Assembly (NCBI GenBank): GCA_017988135.1
Contig: JAGNSI010000001.1
Location: forward strand, 1-51,906
Length of the DNA stretch: 51,906 bases
Direction of reading: 5' to 3'
From: Pseudarcicella sp.
GTDB lineage: Bacteria > Bacteroidota > Bacteroidia > Cytophagales > Spirosomataceae
Positions 36,058 through 44,935 of the stretch are shown here, piece after piece. Within the stretch, counting starts at the first letter, position 1; each line of letters begins with the position of its first letter. The notes under the pieces were generated by a model. The model made no database searches. It was not told where the DNA came from and saw only the letters and a list, made by a program, of their open reading frames with translations. The translations under genes and the position numbers were made by a program.

Positions 36058-37407
36058 ATGAACAAACTTTGGCAAAAAGACAATGTTTCGGTAAACGAAA
36101 AAATAGAAAAATTTACAGTAGGTCGTGACCCTGAATTTGATATTTTACTGGCACCATTTGACGTTTTAGGCTCTTTGGCACACACTCAAATGCTCGAAAG
36201 CATTGGTTTGCTCGAAAAAAACGAATGGCTAGACATCCAAAAATCGTTGATAGACATTTACCAAAGCACTATAAATGACAGTTTCGAAATAGAAGAAGGT
36301 ATCGAAGATGTACATTCGCAAGTAGAGCTTTTACTTACTAGAAAATTGGGCGAAGCTGGCAAAAAAATCCATTCGGGACGTTCACGTAACGACCAAGTTT
36401 TGGTAGATTTAAAACTTTACACACGTTCTGAATTACAAAAAACCACATTAGCAACCGATAAATTATTTGGCTTACTCATCGACTTGAGCAATCGCTTCAA
36501 AGATGTACTTTTGCCAGGATATACGCATTTGCAAATAGCCATGCCCTCAAGTTTTGGACTGTGGTTTGGAGCATACGCAGAAAGTCTAATAGATGACACT
36601 CAAATGCTATTGGCTGCTTATAAAATAGCCAACAAAAATCCATTGGGTTCGGGTGCTGGCTATGGCTCATCTTTTCCATTAAACAGAACATTGACCACCC
36701 AACTGTTAGGTTTCGACAACTTGCATTATAATGTAGTTTACGCCCAAATGTCAAGAGGGAAAACCGAACTATTTGCAGCATCGGCAATTGCACAAATAGC
36801 CTCTACCCTATCAAGAATGGCAATGGATATTTGCTTGTATAATTCTCAAAATTTTGGATTTATAAAATTACCAGACGAAATGACCACTGGTAGTTCTATA
36901 ATGCCACACAAAAAAAACCCTGATGTTGCCGAACTTTTAAGAGGAAAATGTAACAGACTAAAAGCATTACCCAATGATATAATGCTAGTAATGAGTAACC
37001 TACCTTCTGGATATCACCGTGAAATGCAAATTCTGAAAGAACTGATAATGCCTGCTTTTACAGAAATATTAGATTGTCTAGATATCACTTATTTCATGCT
37101 CTCTAATATCAATGTAGTTGAAAATTTATTAGACAACCCAAAATATGATTTATTATTTTCGGTAGAGAGAGTCAATAAGTTGGTATTAAGTGGGGTTCCT
37201 TTCAGAGAAGCTTACAAAATAATTGGAAACGAAATAAATAGCAACAGCTATTCACCCAATAGAAACCTAAACCATACACACGAAGGGAGCATAGGTAATT
37301 TATGTAACGAACAAATAGTAGCAATGATGAAAGATACAGTTGCATTATTTGATTTCGATAAAAGTGAAACTGCCATTTTAAATTTATTAAACCCAAAAGC
37401 AATTTAA
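36058..37407 (+). CDS. argH: Argininosuccinate lyase
   Basis: 449 aa. HSGRSRNDQV, GYTHLQIAMP and GSSIMPHKKNPD signature. Confidence 0.93.
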   Translation: MNKLWQKDNVSVNEKIEKFTVGRDPEFDILLAPFDVLGSLAHTQMLESIGLLEKNEWLDIQKSLIDIYQSTINDSFEIEEGIEDVHSQVELLLTRKLGEAGKKIHSGRSRNDQVLVDLKLYTRSELQKTTLATDKLFGLLIDLSNRFKDVLLPGYTHLQIAMPSSFGLWFGAYAESLIDDTQMLLAAYKIANKNPLGSGAGYGSSFPLNRTLTTQLLGFDNLHYNVVYAQMSRGKTELFAASAIAQIASTLSRMAMDICLYNSQNFGFIKLPDEMTTGSSIMPHKKNPDVAELLRGKCNRLKALPNDIMLVMSNLPSGYHREMQILKELIMPAFTEILDCLDITYFMLSNINVVENLLDNPKYDLLFSVERVNKLVLSGVPFREAYKIIGNEINSNSYSPNRNLNHTHEGSIGNLCNEQIVAMMKDTVALFDFDKSETAILNLLNPKAI

Positions 37408-37410
37408 AAG

Positions 37411-38061
37411 ATGCTCAGAACCATTCAGCTAAGAAAAAATTACGAAAATATAGAGGTACTGAAAGGTATAGACCTTCACATTCAAAAAGGTGAAATAGTT
37501 TCAATAGTAGGTGCATCAGGTGCGGGAAAAAGCACTTTATTGCAACTATTAGGAACACTTGACAAACCCGATAGCGGAGAAATATTCATTAACAACCAAA
37601 ATATCAACAAACTGAAAAAAAATGAAATTGCAAGCTTTAGAAACCAGCAATTGGGTTTTATTTTTCAGTTTCACAACCTTTTAGGTGAATTTACGGCGCT
37701 AGAAAATGTACTAATGCCTGCATATATAGCAGGAAACAAAAACGATTCAACAAAGCGTGCAATAGAACTACTCGAAACACTGGGGCTAAAAGATAAAATA
37801 AATAGTTTGCCTTCGCAGATGTCGGGTGGGGAACAACAAAGAGCTGCCGTAGCAAGAGCACTTATAAACAATCCTGCGGTGATATTTGCAGACGAGCCGT
37901 CTGGCAACCTAGATTCCAAAAATGCAAACGAACTGCATCAGTTGTTTTTTGACCTGAGAGAACAATTCAATCAAACCTTTGTAATAGTAACTCACAATAC
38001 CGATTTAGCCAAAATGGCAGATAGAAAACTCATTATGCAAGACGGTTTACTCATCAACTAA
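37411..38061 (+). CDS. ABC transporter ATP-binding protein, LolD/MacB-type
   Basis: 216 aa. GASGAGKSTLL, MSGGEQQRAAVARAL and IFADEPSGNLD. Confidence 0.8.
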   Translation: MLRTIQLRKNYENIEVLKGIDLHIQKGEIVSIVGASGAGKSTLLQLLGTLDKPDSGEIFINNQNINKLKKNEIASFRNQQLGFIFQFHNLLGEFTALENVLMPAYIAGNKNDSTKRAIELLETLGLKDKINSLPSQMSGGEQQRAAVARALINNPAVIFADEPSGNLDSKNANELHQLFFDLREQFNQTFVIVTHNTDLAKMADRKLIMQDGLLIN

Positions 38062-39266
38062 ACGGCCTGTAAAGATTTCCTTCTATTCAATTCCATTTTC
38101 ACCATTTCTATATCTCTTAGTGTTTTGCAAGTAATATCAGGATTATCTTCTGCTCTGTGTAACAAGAAAGGAATAGCATCTTCGATGGGCCCATAAGGAA
38201 TAAACTTAACAACATTATAACCTTTAGATGACAAATTAAAAGTTATACAATCAGAAAAACCCAACAATTGTGAAAAAATAAAATGAGGATTTGAATGTTC
38301 AACTTCAATTTCGGACATCAAATCACATAAAATCTGACAACTTTCATAATTGTGTGTTCCTACACAAACACATAAATCTTTATAGCTACTCACACACAAG
38401 CTAATTGCCTGATTATAAGAAATATCCGTTTCAGATTTTAATTTAAATATAGGTTCACAATAATTCTCCTCGTGTGCTTTAGACCTTTCTTTTTCGAGAT
38501 AAGCACCACGTACCAATTTCACGCCCAATAAATATTTACTAGCCTTAGCATTGTCTATTGCCAACTTCAAATTATCTAGCATATCAACTCTATACATCTG
38601 AAAAGTGTTGAAAACTATACACTTATCGGTATTGTATTTTGCCATCATTTCAAAAGCTAGCATATCTATTGCATTTTGCAACCACGATTCTTCGGCTTCT
38701 ATAAAAACTCGCACCTCTAAATAACTCGCTTTGAAACATAATGCCTCTACCCTTTGATGCAATCCTTTCCATTCTTCTAAATCTTCTTCAGCAACAACAT
38801 TTTCTATACCTACTTTTTCCAGAAGTACAGGATTACACAAACTTGAAATTTTAAAAACGGCAAAAGACTTTTTATTGTACTTATGTGCATTTTCAATAGA
38901 CTTGATAACTTCATCAAAATACAAATCATAGCCAGACTTTTGGGAATCTACATCCACCGAAAAATCTAAAACCGACCCTATGTTATTTTTATATAGCTTA
39001 TTCGTCAACTTATCACACTCAGTAATATTTTCACCTCCACAAAAGCGTTCAAAAATTGCAGATTTGATCAAACCCTTAACAGGAAAGCGTAAAAATAAAC
39101 ACAATTTCAAAACAAATGTACCTAGTTTAGCCAACCAAACCTGATTCATGATTCGTAAAATAAAGTGTAATTTCTGCAATTCTTGATTAGAAAAAATAGA
39201 AAAAGCCACAGAAGTATCCTCAAAAGAAACTGAGGTTGGCTTATTTACAATGGGTTGAACTTGCAT
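38058..39266 (-). CDS. Proline dehydrogenase family protein
   Basis: 402 aa. FEDTSVAF N-terminus, GVKLVRGAYLEKE and the C-terminal HRAEDN region typical of monofunctional PRODH. Confidence 0.8.
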   Translation of the reverse strand: MQVQPIVNKPTSVSFEDTSVAFSIFSNQELQKLHFILRIMNQVWLAKLGTFVLKLCLFLRFPVKGLIKSAIFERFCGGENITECDKLTNKLYKNNIGSVLDFSVDVDSQKSGYDLYFDEVIKSIENAHKYNKKSFAVFKISSLCNPVLLEKVGIENVVAEEDLEEWKGLHQRVEALCFKASYLEVRVFIEAEESWLQNAIDMLAFEMMAKYNTDKCIVFNTFQMYRVDMLDNLKLAIDNAKASKYLLGVKLVRGAYLEKERSKAHEENYCEPIFKLKSETDISYNQAISLCVSSYKDLCVCVGTHNYESCQILCDLMSEIEVEHSNPHFIFSQLLGFSDCITFNLSSKGYNVVKFIPYGPIEDAIPFLLHRAEDNPDITCKTLRDIEMVKMELNRRKSLQAV

Positions 39267-39556
39267 TTTTTTGAATTATCAACGTAAAAATGTAAAAAAT
39301 CATTAATTAAAACATTATTTAAAGTATAATTCCACAAGGGCAGATTTGTTTTTTGTAACACAAAGATACAATATTAGAATAATACAAAAATTAATTAACT
39401 ATTTTTATGCCAAAATATTTTCTTTTTGAAAATAAACAACTTAATTTTGTGGTTGAAATCAAAAATCTAAATAGATTTCGCTATTTGACCCAAAAACACA
39501 CCATCAAATAGTCATGAATTGAATATTATTTTAAACAGTTAAATTTTGTTTGCCAA

Positions 39557-40651
39557 ATGAACGCAAATTTAGACGTAGTGCCGATGCAAGATTGGATCAA
39601 TACCAACGGCAAACCATTAATCATCGCTGGTCCTTGTTCGGCCGAAACTGAAGAACAAGTAATAGAAACAGCCAAAAGAATTAAAGCAGAAGGATACGCC
39701 CACGTACTTCGTGCTGGTGTGTGGAAACCAAGAACTCGCCCAGGCAGTTTTGAAGGTATGGGAGAACCAGCTTTACCTTGGCTAGTAGAAGCAAAAAAAC
39801 AAACAGGTCTTCCTGTTGCTATAGAAGTAGCTTCACCACAAAACATAGAGCTTGCCCTGAAATATGGTGTAGATATATTATGGATTGGTGCACGTACAAC
39901 CGTGAATCCGTTCAATGTACAAGATATTGCTGATGCATTGAAAGGTGTAGATATCCCTGTATTAGTAAAAAATCCTGTAAATCCAGACTTAGCACTATGG
40001 GTTGGTGCTTTTGAAAGATTACAAAATTCTGGCGTAAAAAAATTAGGAGCCATACACCGTGGTTTCTCAAACGCACAAGAAACTAAATTCCGTAACTCAC
40101 CAATGTGGCAAATGGCCGTTGAGATGAAAAGACTTTTCCCTCAACTACCTATGATAGGCGACCCTTCTCACATGGCAGGTAAACGCTCATTGTTGATGGA
40201 ATTGGCTCAAAGAATACTTGACCTCAACTACGACGGTATGATAATAGAGTCGCACAGAAATCCAGATGAAGCTTGGTCTGATGCCTCTCAACAACTTACT
40301 CCAGAAGCTTTAGGCGAAATGCTTAAAGAGCTTGACGTAAGAAAAGCAAACTACGGTGCTGACTTTGCAGACGAGCTTGCTACACTAAGAGCTAAAATAG
40401 ACAATGTAGACCGTGAGCTTATGGAAGCATTAGCAGCACGTATGGCTATCGTTGAAAAATTAGGCGAATACAAAAGAGATAATAACGTTGCTGTTCTTCA
40501 ACTTGATCGTTGGAAACAAGTTCACGTAGATAGAGCTAGCCAAGCAAAAGGATTAGGTTTGTACCCAGAGTTCATCGAAGAATTCTTCAAATTGGTACAC
40601 CTAGAGTCTATCCGTAAGCAAACTGAAGTAATGAATACTACCAACGCTTAG
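39557..40651 (+). CDS. Bifunctional 3-deoxy-7-phosphoheptulonate synthase / chorismate mutase type II
   Basis: 364 aa. DAHPS (KDO8PS-like) part IIAGPCSAE...LRAGVWKPRTRPGSFEGMG...GDPSH, followed by a CM part (LRAKIDNVDRELMEALAARM). Confidence 0.9.
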   Translation: MNANLDVVPMQDWINTNGKPLIIAGPCSAETEEQVIETAKRIKAEGYAHVLRAGVWKPRTRPGSFEGMGEPALPWLVEAKKQTGLPVAIEVASPQNIELALKYGVDILWIGARTTVNPFNVQDIADALKGVDIPVLVKNPVNPDLALWVGAFERLQNSGVKKLGAIHRGFSNAQETKFRNSPMWQMAVEMKRLFPQLPMIGDPSHMAGKRSLLMELAQRILDLNYDGMIIESHRNPDEAWSDASQQLTPEALGEMLKELDVRKANYGADFADELATLRAKIDNVDRELMEALAARMAIVEKLGEYKRDNNVAVLQLDRWKQVHVDRASQAKGLGLYPEFIEEFFKLVHLESIRKQTEVMNTTNA

Positions 40652-40668
40652 TATTTATTTAAATATTA

Positions 40669-40708
40669 TAAAAAAAAGCTATAGAATAAACTTCTGTAGC
40701 TTTTTTTG
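40669..40708. terminator. Bidirectional intrinsic terminator
   Basis: A-run, AGCTATA, 11-nt loop, TGTAGCT, T7. Lies between convergent genes. Confidence 0.6.
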
Positions 40709-40788
40709 TGGAATTATAAACAATAATCAATTTTCACATAAATAGCCTATTTTGAAAAGTATTCACTAATTTCAATAATTGATCTAAA

Positions 40789-41907
40789 TCATTCCTTTTT
40801 CCAAACTCCCAATTTATAAACTATGGTTTCATCATCTAGTTTTAGAACTGCAATATTCTTTAACAAATCAAACATAATAAGCATTTCGTTTGTTCTTGTA
40901 TCTTTTTGAACTTTAAAAACAGAATTTCCCGAAAAATAACCCTTAATAAAACTTTGATAATCAAAACCATAACTATCATTACACACACAAGCTTTATTTA
41001 ATTTTTTATTAATCAATACTTTCAAGATTTCTTTGGTATCACGTGCTTTATGTTCTTTTCCCCATGACTTCATTTTGGATAACCATGTTTGATAATTATC
41101 GTAATAAGGAGCAAATTCAAAAATCAAATCAGGATACTTCTCTAACATTTCTGCACTATTTTTGAACAGCTGAATATGACCTGGATCTATAAAACCTATA
41201 AAATTACCACCCCAAGTAAGCCCATAATCTGCAGTAAGCTGATTTAAAGGTTTATACAAATCAAAATTATTATTAATCTTATTTCCCTTGAAAATTGCAA
41301 AATCTGCAGCAAAACCAAAGTTGTGCATAGACAATGGAGACACCGATTTGTTGTTTTTAAGATGTTTTTTTTGGGCAGACAGTGAACGTATATCAGAAAT
41401 TATCTTCACCGATTGATGTTTTTGTTTTAAAATTTGCCAAATAGAATCTCTTTTTTGTAGAAAATCTTTCCTTTCATTTTCTAAAATAGATTCCCATCTT
41501 TTGTACAAATACTTTTCATCTTGTAACATTGCTCCCAATATTATCTTTTCTGAGGTTTTCAACGTTTTGTTTGAATCGCCATTTTGATCACTAAAAACCA
41601 TTTCATTTTCTCCAGATTTATCAACTTTAATATACTTTATAATTCCTTTAGAATTCTTAACATAATAATGCAAGGTGCTGGCACTTTTTTGAGATATATT
41701 TTCTAGCTTTTGACTTTTATAAAAAACACCTAAAGCTTCAGAAATCGATATTTCTTTAAGCCTTAAAGTGCTATCGCAATATATTTTAGGCAAAATTATC
41801 TCATCACTTGAAGCATCTGAGTTTGTATTTTGTTGAGAATGACAGGAAAACAAAAACAACAAGAAAAAAGCTGTATAGGCTAGTTTATTCACAAATAAAC
41901 TTAACAT
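40789..41907 (-). CDS. Lipoprotein with C-terminal M15-family (VanY/D-Ala-D-Ala carboxypeptidase-like) peptidase domain
   Basis: 372 aa. Lipobox LFSC. SPLSMHNFGFAADFAIF...LTWGGNF.GFIDPGHIQL (H-x6-D ... H zinc motif). Confidence 0.6.
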   Translation of the reverse strand: MLSLFVNKLAYTAFFLLFLFSCHSQQNTNSDASSDEIILPKIYCDSTLRLKEISISEALGVFYKSQKLENISQKSASTLHYYVKNSKGIIKYIKVDKSGENEMVFSDQNGDSNKTLKTSEKIILGAMLQDEKYLYKRWESILENERKDFLQKRDSIWQILKQKHQSVKIISDIRSLSAQKKHLKNNKSVSPLSMHNFGFAADFAIFKGNKINNNFDLYKPLNQLTADYGLTWGGNFIGFIDPGHIQLFKNSAEMLEKYPDLIFEFAPYYDNYQTWLSKMKSWGKEHKARDTKEILKVLINKKLNKACVCNDSYGFDYQSFIKGYFSGNSVFKVQKDTRTNEMLIMFDLLKNIAVLKLDDETIVYKLGVWKKE

Positions 41908-42045
41908 AGATTCTAAATTTTAGTGTAAAAACTTTTTAATATTCTAAGGTAAATAAAACTATTTGTTTGCTAATCGATAATTCAATATTTTAAAAATATT
42001 TAAACTTTATTGTTGTGTTATTGTGTCAATCCTTTACAGTTGAAT

Positions 42046-42053
42046 TATATTTG
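42046..42053 (+). promoter_or_regulatory. Candidate -7 box (TATATTTG) for nuoIJK
   Basis: TAnnTTTG match. It lies inside the ORF-track GTG extension and 31 nt upstream of the in-frame TTG at 42084, which argues for the shorter gene model. Confidence 0.4.
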
Positions 42054-42083
42054 TATTCCAACCGATTCAGCATAAAATTAAAA

Positions 42084-43367
42084 TTGAAAAAAGGAAGCAA
42101 TAATACTTATTTTGGCAACATCAAAGAAGGCATAAAATCGTCTTTGAAAGGTTTATCTTTGACATGGAAACACCTCAAAGATGCTCGCCAAAGTAGAAAG
42201 CCAATATTTGTAGACGACCCAGATTACTTCAAACTCGAAACGGGTATAGTTACGTTGCAATATCCTCACGAAAAAATTCCAGTGCCAGACAATGGCAGAT
42301 ATCAATTGCACAATGAAATCGAAGATTGTATTGTTTGTGACAAATGTGCTAAAGTTTGCCCTGTAGATTGCATAGATATAGAACCAATAAAAGCAACTGG
42401 TATTGCAGGATATGCTTCTGATGGCTCAGCAATAAGACTTTTTGCTGCAAAATTTGATATCGACATGGCAAAATGCTGTTTTTGTGGGCTTTGTACAACT
42501 GTCTGCCCCACAGAATGTTTGACCATGACCAATGAATATGACTTTTCAACATTCGATATCACCAGTCATAATTTTGGATTCGGCAACTTGAGCCCAGAAC
42601 AAGCTCAAGAAAAAAGAGATTTGTACGAACAGTTTGTTGCAGAAAAAGAAGCATTTAAAAAGCAAAATATTAAAACCACAGATACAACTGTAAACACAAC
42701 AACGGAAGATACTAAACCGAAGCCAGCTTTTAAACCCGCTTTCAAAAAAGCAATATCAGAAAGCGTAAGCGAAGAAAAATCTGAAAGTAGCAACGAAACA
42801 CCTGCTGAAGCTCCGAAGCCGAAACCAGCTTTTAAACCCGCTTTCAAAAAAGCAATATCTGAAAGCGTAAGCGAAGAAAAATCTGAAAGTAGCAACGAAA
42901 CGCCCGCTGAAGCTCCGAAGCCGAAACCAGCTTTCAAACCCACTTTCAAAAAAACAACTTCTGAAAGCGTAATCGAAGAAAAATCTGAAAGTAGCAACGA
43001 AACGCCAGTTGAAGCTCCGAAGCCAAAGCCAGCTTTCAAACCCACTTTCAAAAAAACAACTTCTGAAAGTGTAAGCGAAGAAAAATCTGAAAGTAGCAAC
43101 GAAACACCTACTGAAGCTCCGAAGCCAAAGCCAGCTTTCAAACCCACTTTCAAAAAAACAACTTCTGAAAGTGTAAGCGAAGAAAAATCTAAAAGTAGCA
43201 ACGATACGCCCGCTGAAGCTCCCAAGCCGAAGCCAGCTTTCAAACCCACTTTCAAAAAAACAACTTCTGAAAGTGTAAGCGAAGAAAAATCTGAAATTAG
43301 CAACGAAACGCCCACTGAAGCTCCCAAGCCGAAGCCAGCTTTCAAACCCACTTTCAAAAATAAATAA
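42084..43367 (+). CDS. nuoI: NADH-quinone oxidoreductase subunit I with a long repetitive C-terminal extension
   Basis: Two 4Fe-4S motifs (CIVCDKCAKVCP; CCFCGLCTTVCP) and VTLQYPHEKIPVPDNGRYQLHNE. The start is uncertain: the ORF track uses GTG at 42015, there is no in-frame ATG, and the TTG at 42084 is preferred. About 217 extra C-terminal residues are repeats. Confidence 0.85.
   Translation: MKKGSNNTYFGNIKEGIKSSLKGLSLTWKHLKDARQSRKPIFVDDPDYFKLETGIVTLQYPHEKIPVPDNGRYQLHNEIEDCIVCDKCAKVCPVDCIDIEPIKATGIAGYASDGSAIRLFAAKFDIDMAKCCFCGLCTTVCPTECLTMTNEYDFSTFDITSHNFGFGNLSPEQAQEKRDLYEQFVAEKEAFKKQNIKTTDTTVNTTTEDTKPKPAFKPAFKKAISESVSEEKSESSNETPAEAPKPKPAFKPAFKKAISESVSEEKSESSNETPAEAPKPKPAFKPTFKKTTSESVIEEKSESSNETPVEAPKPKPAFKPTFKKTTSESVSEEKSESSNETPTEAPKPKPAFKPTFKKTTSESVSEEKSKSSNDTPAEAPKPKPAFKPTFKKTTSESVSEEKSEISNETPTEAPKPKPAFKPTFKNK
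42714..43364 (+). repeat. 102-bp tandem repeat, 6 full copies plus a 13-codon partial copy, in frame within nuoI
   Basis: Unit KPKPAFKP(A/T)FKK(A/T)(I/T)SESV(S/I)EEKSESSNETP(A/V/T)EAP. The DNA copies are nearly identical. Confidence 0.95.
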
Positions 43368-43374
43368 TTAAACT

Positions 43375-43905
43375 TTGGCAAATATAGTATTCTACATATT
43401 CTTGCTACTTACAGCCACTTCAACTTTGTATGTGCTGATAAGTAAAAACGTGCTTCATGCTGCTTTTAGCTTGCTTCTTACATTTATTTGTGTAGCTGGT
43501 TTATTTGTTTTTGGAGGAGCAGATTTTATTGGAATGGCTCAAATATTAGTCTACATAGGTGGAATTTTGGTTTTAATAATCTTCGGAGTAATGCTTACTA
43601 ACCAAAAAGCAGGTCAATCTGAAGAACCAAACAATGTAATTACCGAAAATAACCACACCATTCTTGGAGTGGTTATAGCTATAATAACCTTTTCTATATT
43701 AATTTTTGTATTCAGAAACACACATTTCGAAGAAATACAAAACAAATTATATTACACAGAAGTAATTGATTCCAAACCAACTACTCGTAAAATTGGATTA
43801 AGCTTATTAACAGATAATGTTTTGCCATTCGAAATTTCAGGAATTTTATTAATGGTTTCCTTAATTGGCTCTGCTTATTTGTCAAAAAAAAACAAACATA
43901 ACTAA
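43375..43905 (+). CDS. nuoJ: NADH-quinone oxidoreductase subunit J
   Basis: 176 aa, TTG start. Multi-TM protein with GADFIGMAQILVYIGGILVLIIFGVML, typical of NuoJ. Confidence 0.85.
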   Translation: MANIVFYIFLLLTATSTLYVLISKNVLHAAFSLLLTFICVAGLFVFGGADFIGMAQILVYIGGILVLIIFGVMLTNQKAGQSEEPNNVITENNHTILGVVIAIITFSILIFVFRNTHFEEIQNKLYYTEVIDSKPTTRKIGLSLLTDNVLPFEISGILLMVSLIGSAYLSKKNKHN

Positions 43906-43916
43906 AGCTACAAAAT

Positions 43917-44225
43917 ATGATTCCACATATGTTATCTTATTTTTTATTATTGAGTGCCTTTATGTTTAGTGTAGGTTTAGGCATTGTAATGGTTAAAAAA
44001 AATATCATTGTAGTGCTCATGGGAATAGAATTGATGCTCAATGCAGTAAACCTCAACTTAGTGATTTTCAGCAAAAATGACCCACATATTCAAGGACAAA
44101 TGTTTACTATCTTTGTAATGACAGTAGCTGTATGTGAGTCTGTTGTTGCTTTGGCAATAACACTAAAAGTATTTGAACATTACAAAACCATAGACCTAAG
44201 TCAAATTAATTTACTAAAAAATTAA
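43917..44225 (+). CDS. nuoK: NADH-quinone oxidoreductase subunit K
   Basis: 102 aa, three TM segments, LMGIELMLNAVNLNLV and AVCESVVALAI. Confidence 0.9.
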   Translation: MIPHMLSYFLLLSAFMFSVGLGIVMVKKNIIVVLMGIELMLNAVNLNLVIFSKNDPHIQGQMFTIFVMTVAVCESVVALAITLKVFEHYKTIDLSQINLLKN

Positions 44226-44236
44226 TTTTCAAAAAC

Positions 44237-44752
44237 ATGGAAAAAAGTAAATATGTAGCAGAGTCATTAACCACAATGACAGACATGATTTTCCCCAACG
44301 ACACCAACACTTTGGGCAACTTAATGGGTGGAAATCTGATGCGAATGATGGACATTGCGGGAGCTATATGTGCCCAAAAACATTCAAACAGAATAGTGGT
44401 AACCGCATCGGTAGACAATGTTTCTTTCAAAGAATCTATACCACTGGGAAGCGTTGTAACACTGCAAGCAAAAGTTACCAGAGCATTTAGCTCTTCCATG
44501 GAAGTCGTGATAGACGTTTGGGCAGAAAATATTCCTGCCAAAGAAAGAGTAAGTACCAATAAAGCCTTTTTTACTTTTGTGGCAGTAGACCAAAGCGGCA
44601 GACCTATTGATGTTCCTGCTTCGCTTACCGAAACAGAAGAAGAAAAAACAATGTATGAAGGTGCCTTGAGAAGAAGACAATTGCGATTGGTTTTAGCTGG
44701 TAGAATGAAGCCATCTGAGGCAACAGAACTACTTTCTATATTTAAAGAGTAA
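44237..44752 (+). CDS. Acyl-CoA thioesterase (YciA/ACOT hotdog family)
   Basis: 171 aa. IFPNDTNTLGNLMGGNLMRMMDIAGAICA...VTASVDNVSFKESIPLGS. Confidence 0.85.
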   Translation: MEKSKYVAESLTTMTDMIFPNDTNTLGNLMGGNLMRMMDIAGAICAQKHSNRIVVTASVDNVSFKESIPLGSVVTLQAKVTRAFSSSMEVVIDVWAENIPAKERVSTNKAFFTFVAVDQSGRPIDVPASLTETEEEKTMYEGALRRRQLRLVLAGRMKPSEATELLSIFKE

Positions 44753-44935
44753 TTAAAAAAAACAAAAAGAATGAGTATTAAAATGTAATTTTATTGTTAA
44801 AAACATATAAAAAACAAAGTTTAGTATCATTTTTTCAAGAATATAGTTCAAAATAATCCATTTTTTTAACCGCAAATCAGTAACTTGCGAAAAAATAGAG
44901 ATTCTTATTATTTATAAAAAGTAATACCAAAAAAA

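Noticed and set aside
38058-38061. Convergent gene overlaps or near-abutments without terminators: lolD-like/PRODH 4 nt, cysC/relA 6 nt, FecR-like/argD 2-nt gap, WG-repeat/ABC 3-nt gap
   Set aside because: These are common in compact bacterial genomes. They are noted only as context for possible transcriptional interference and are not a distinct feature.
39407-39511. 34-codon ORF (MPKYFLFENKQLNFVVEIKNLNRFRYLTQKHTIK) upstream of the DAHP synthase/chorismate mutase gene, considered as an aromatic-amino-acid leader peptide
   Set aside because: Only a short YFLF cluster is present and there is no run of Phe, Tyr or Trp codons. I could find no terminator hairpin with a U-run or an alternative antiterminator between it and the ATG at 39557. 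It is worth a quick conservation check but is not supportable from the sequence alone.
42605-43381. 258-aa minus-strand ORF with its own internal repeats (…GLKAGFGLGAS…)
   Set aside because: It is the antisense image of the nuoI 102-bp tandem repeat. The plus-strand frame is continuous with a bona fide NuoI core, while the antisense ORF has no independent start context or recognisable family.
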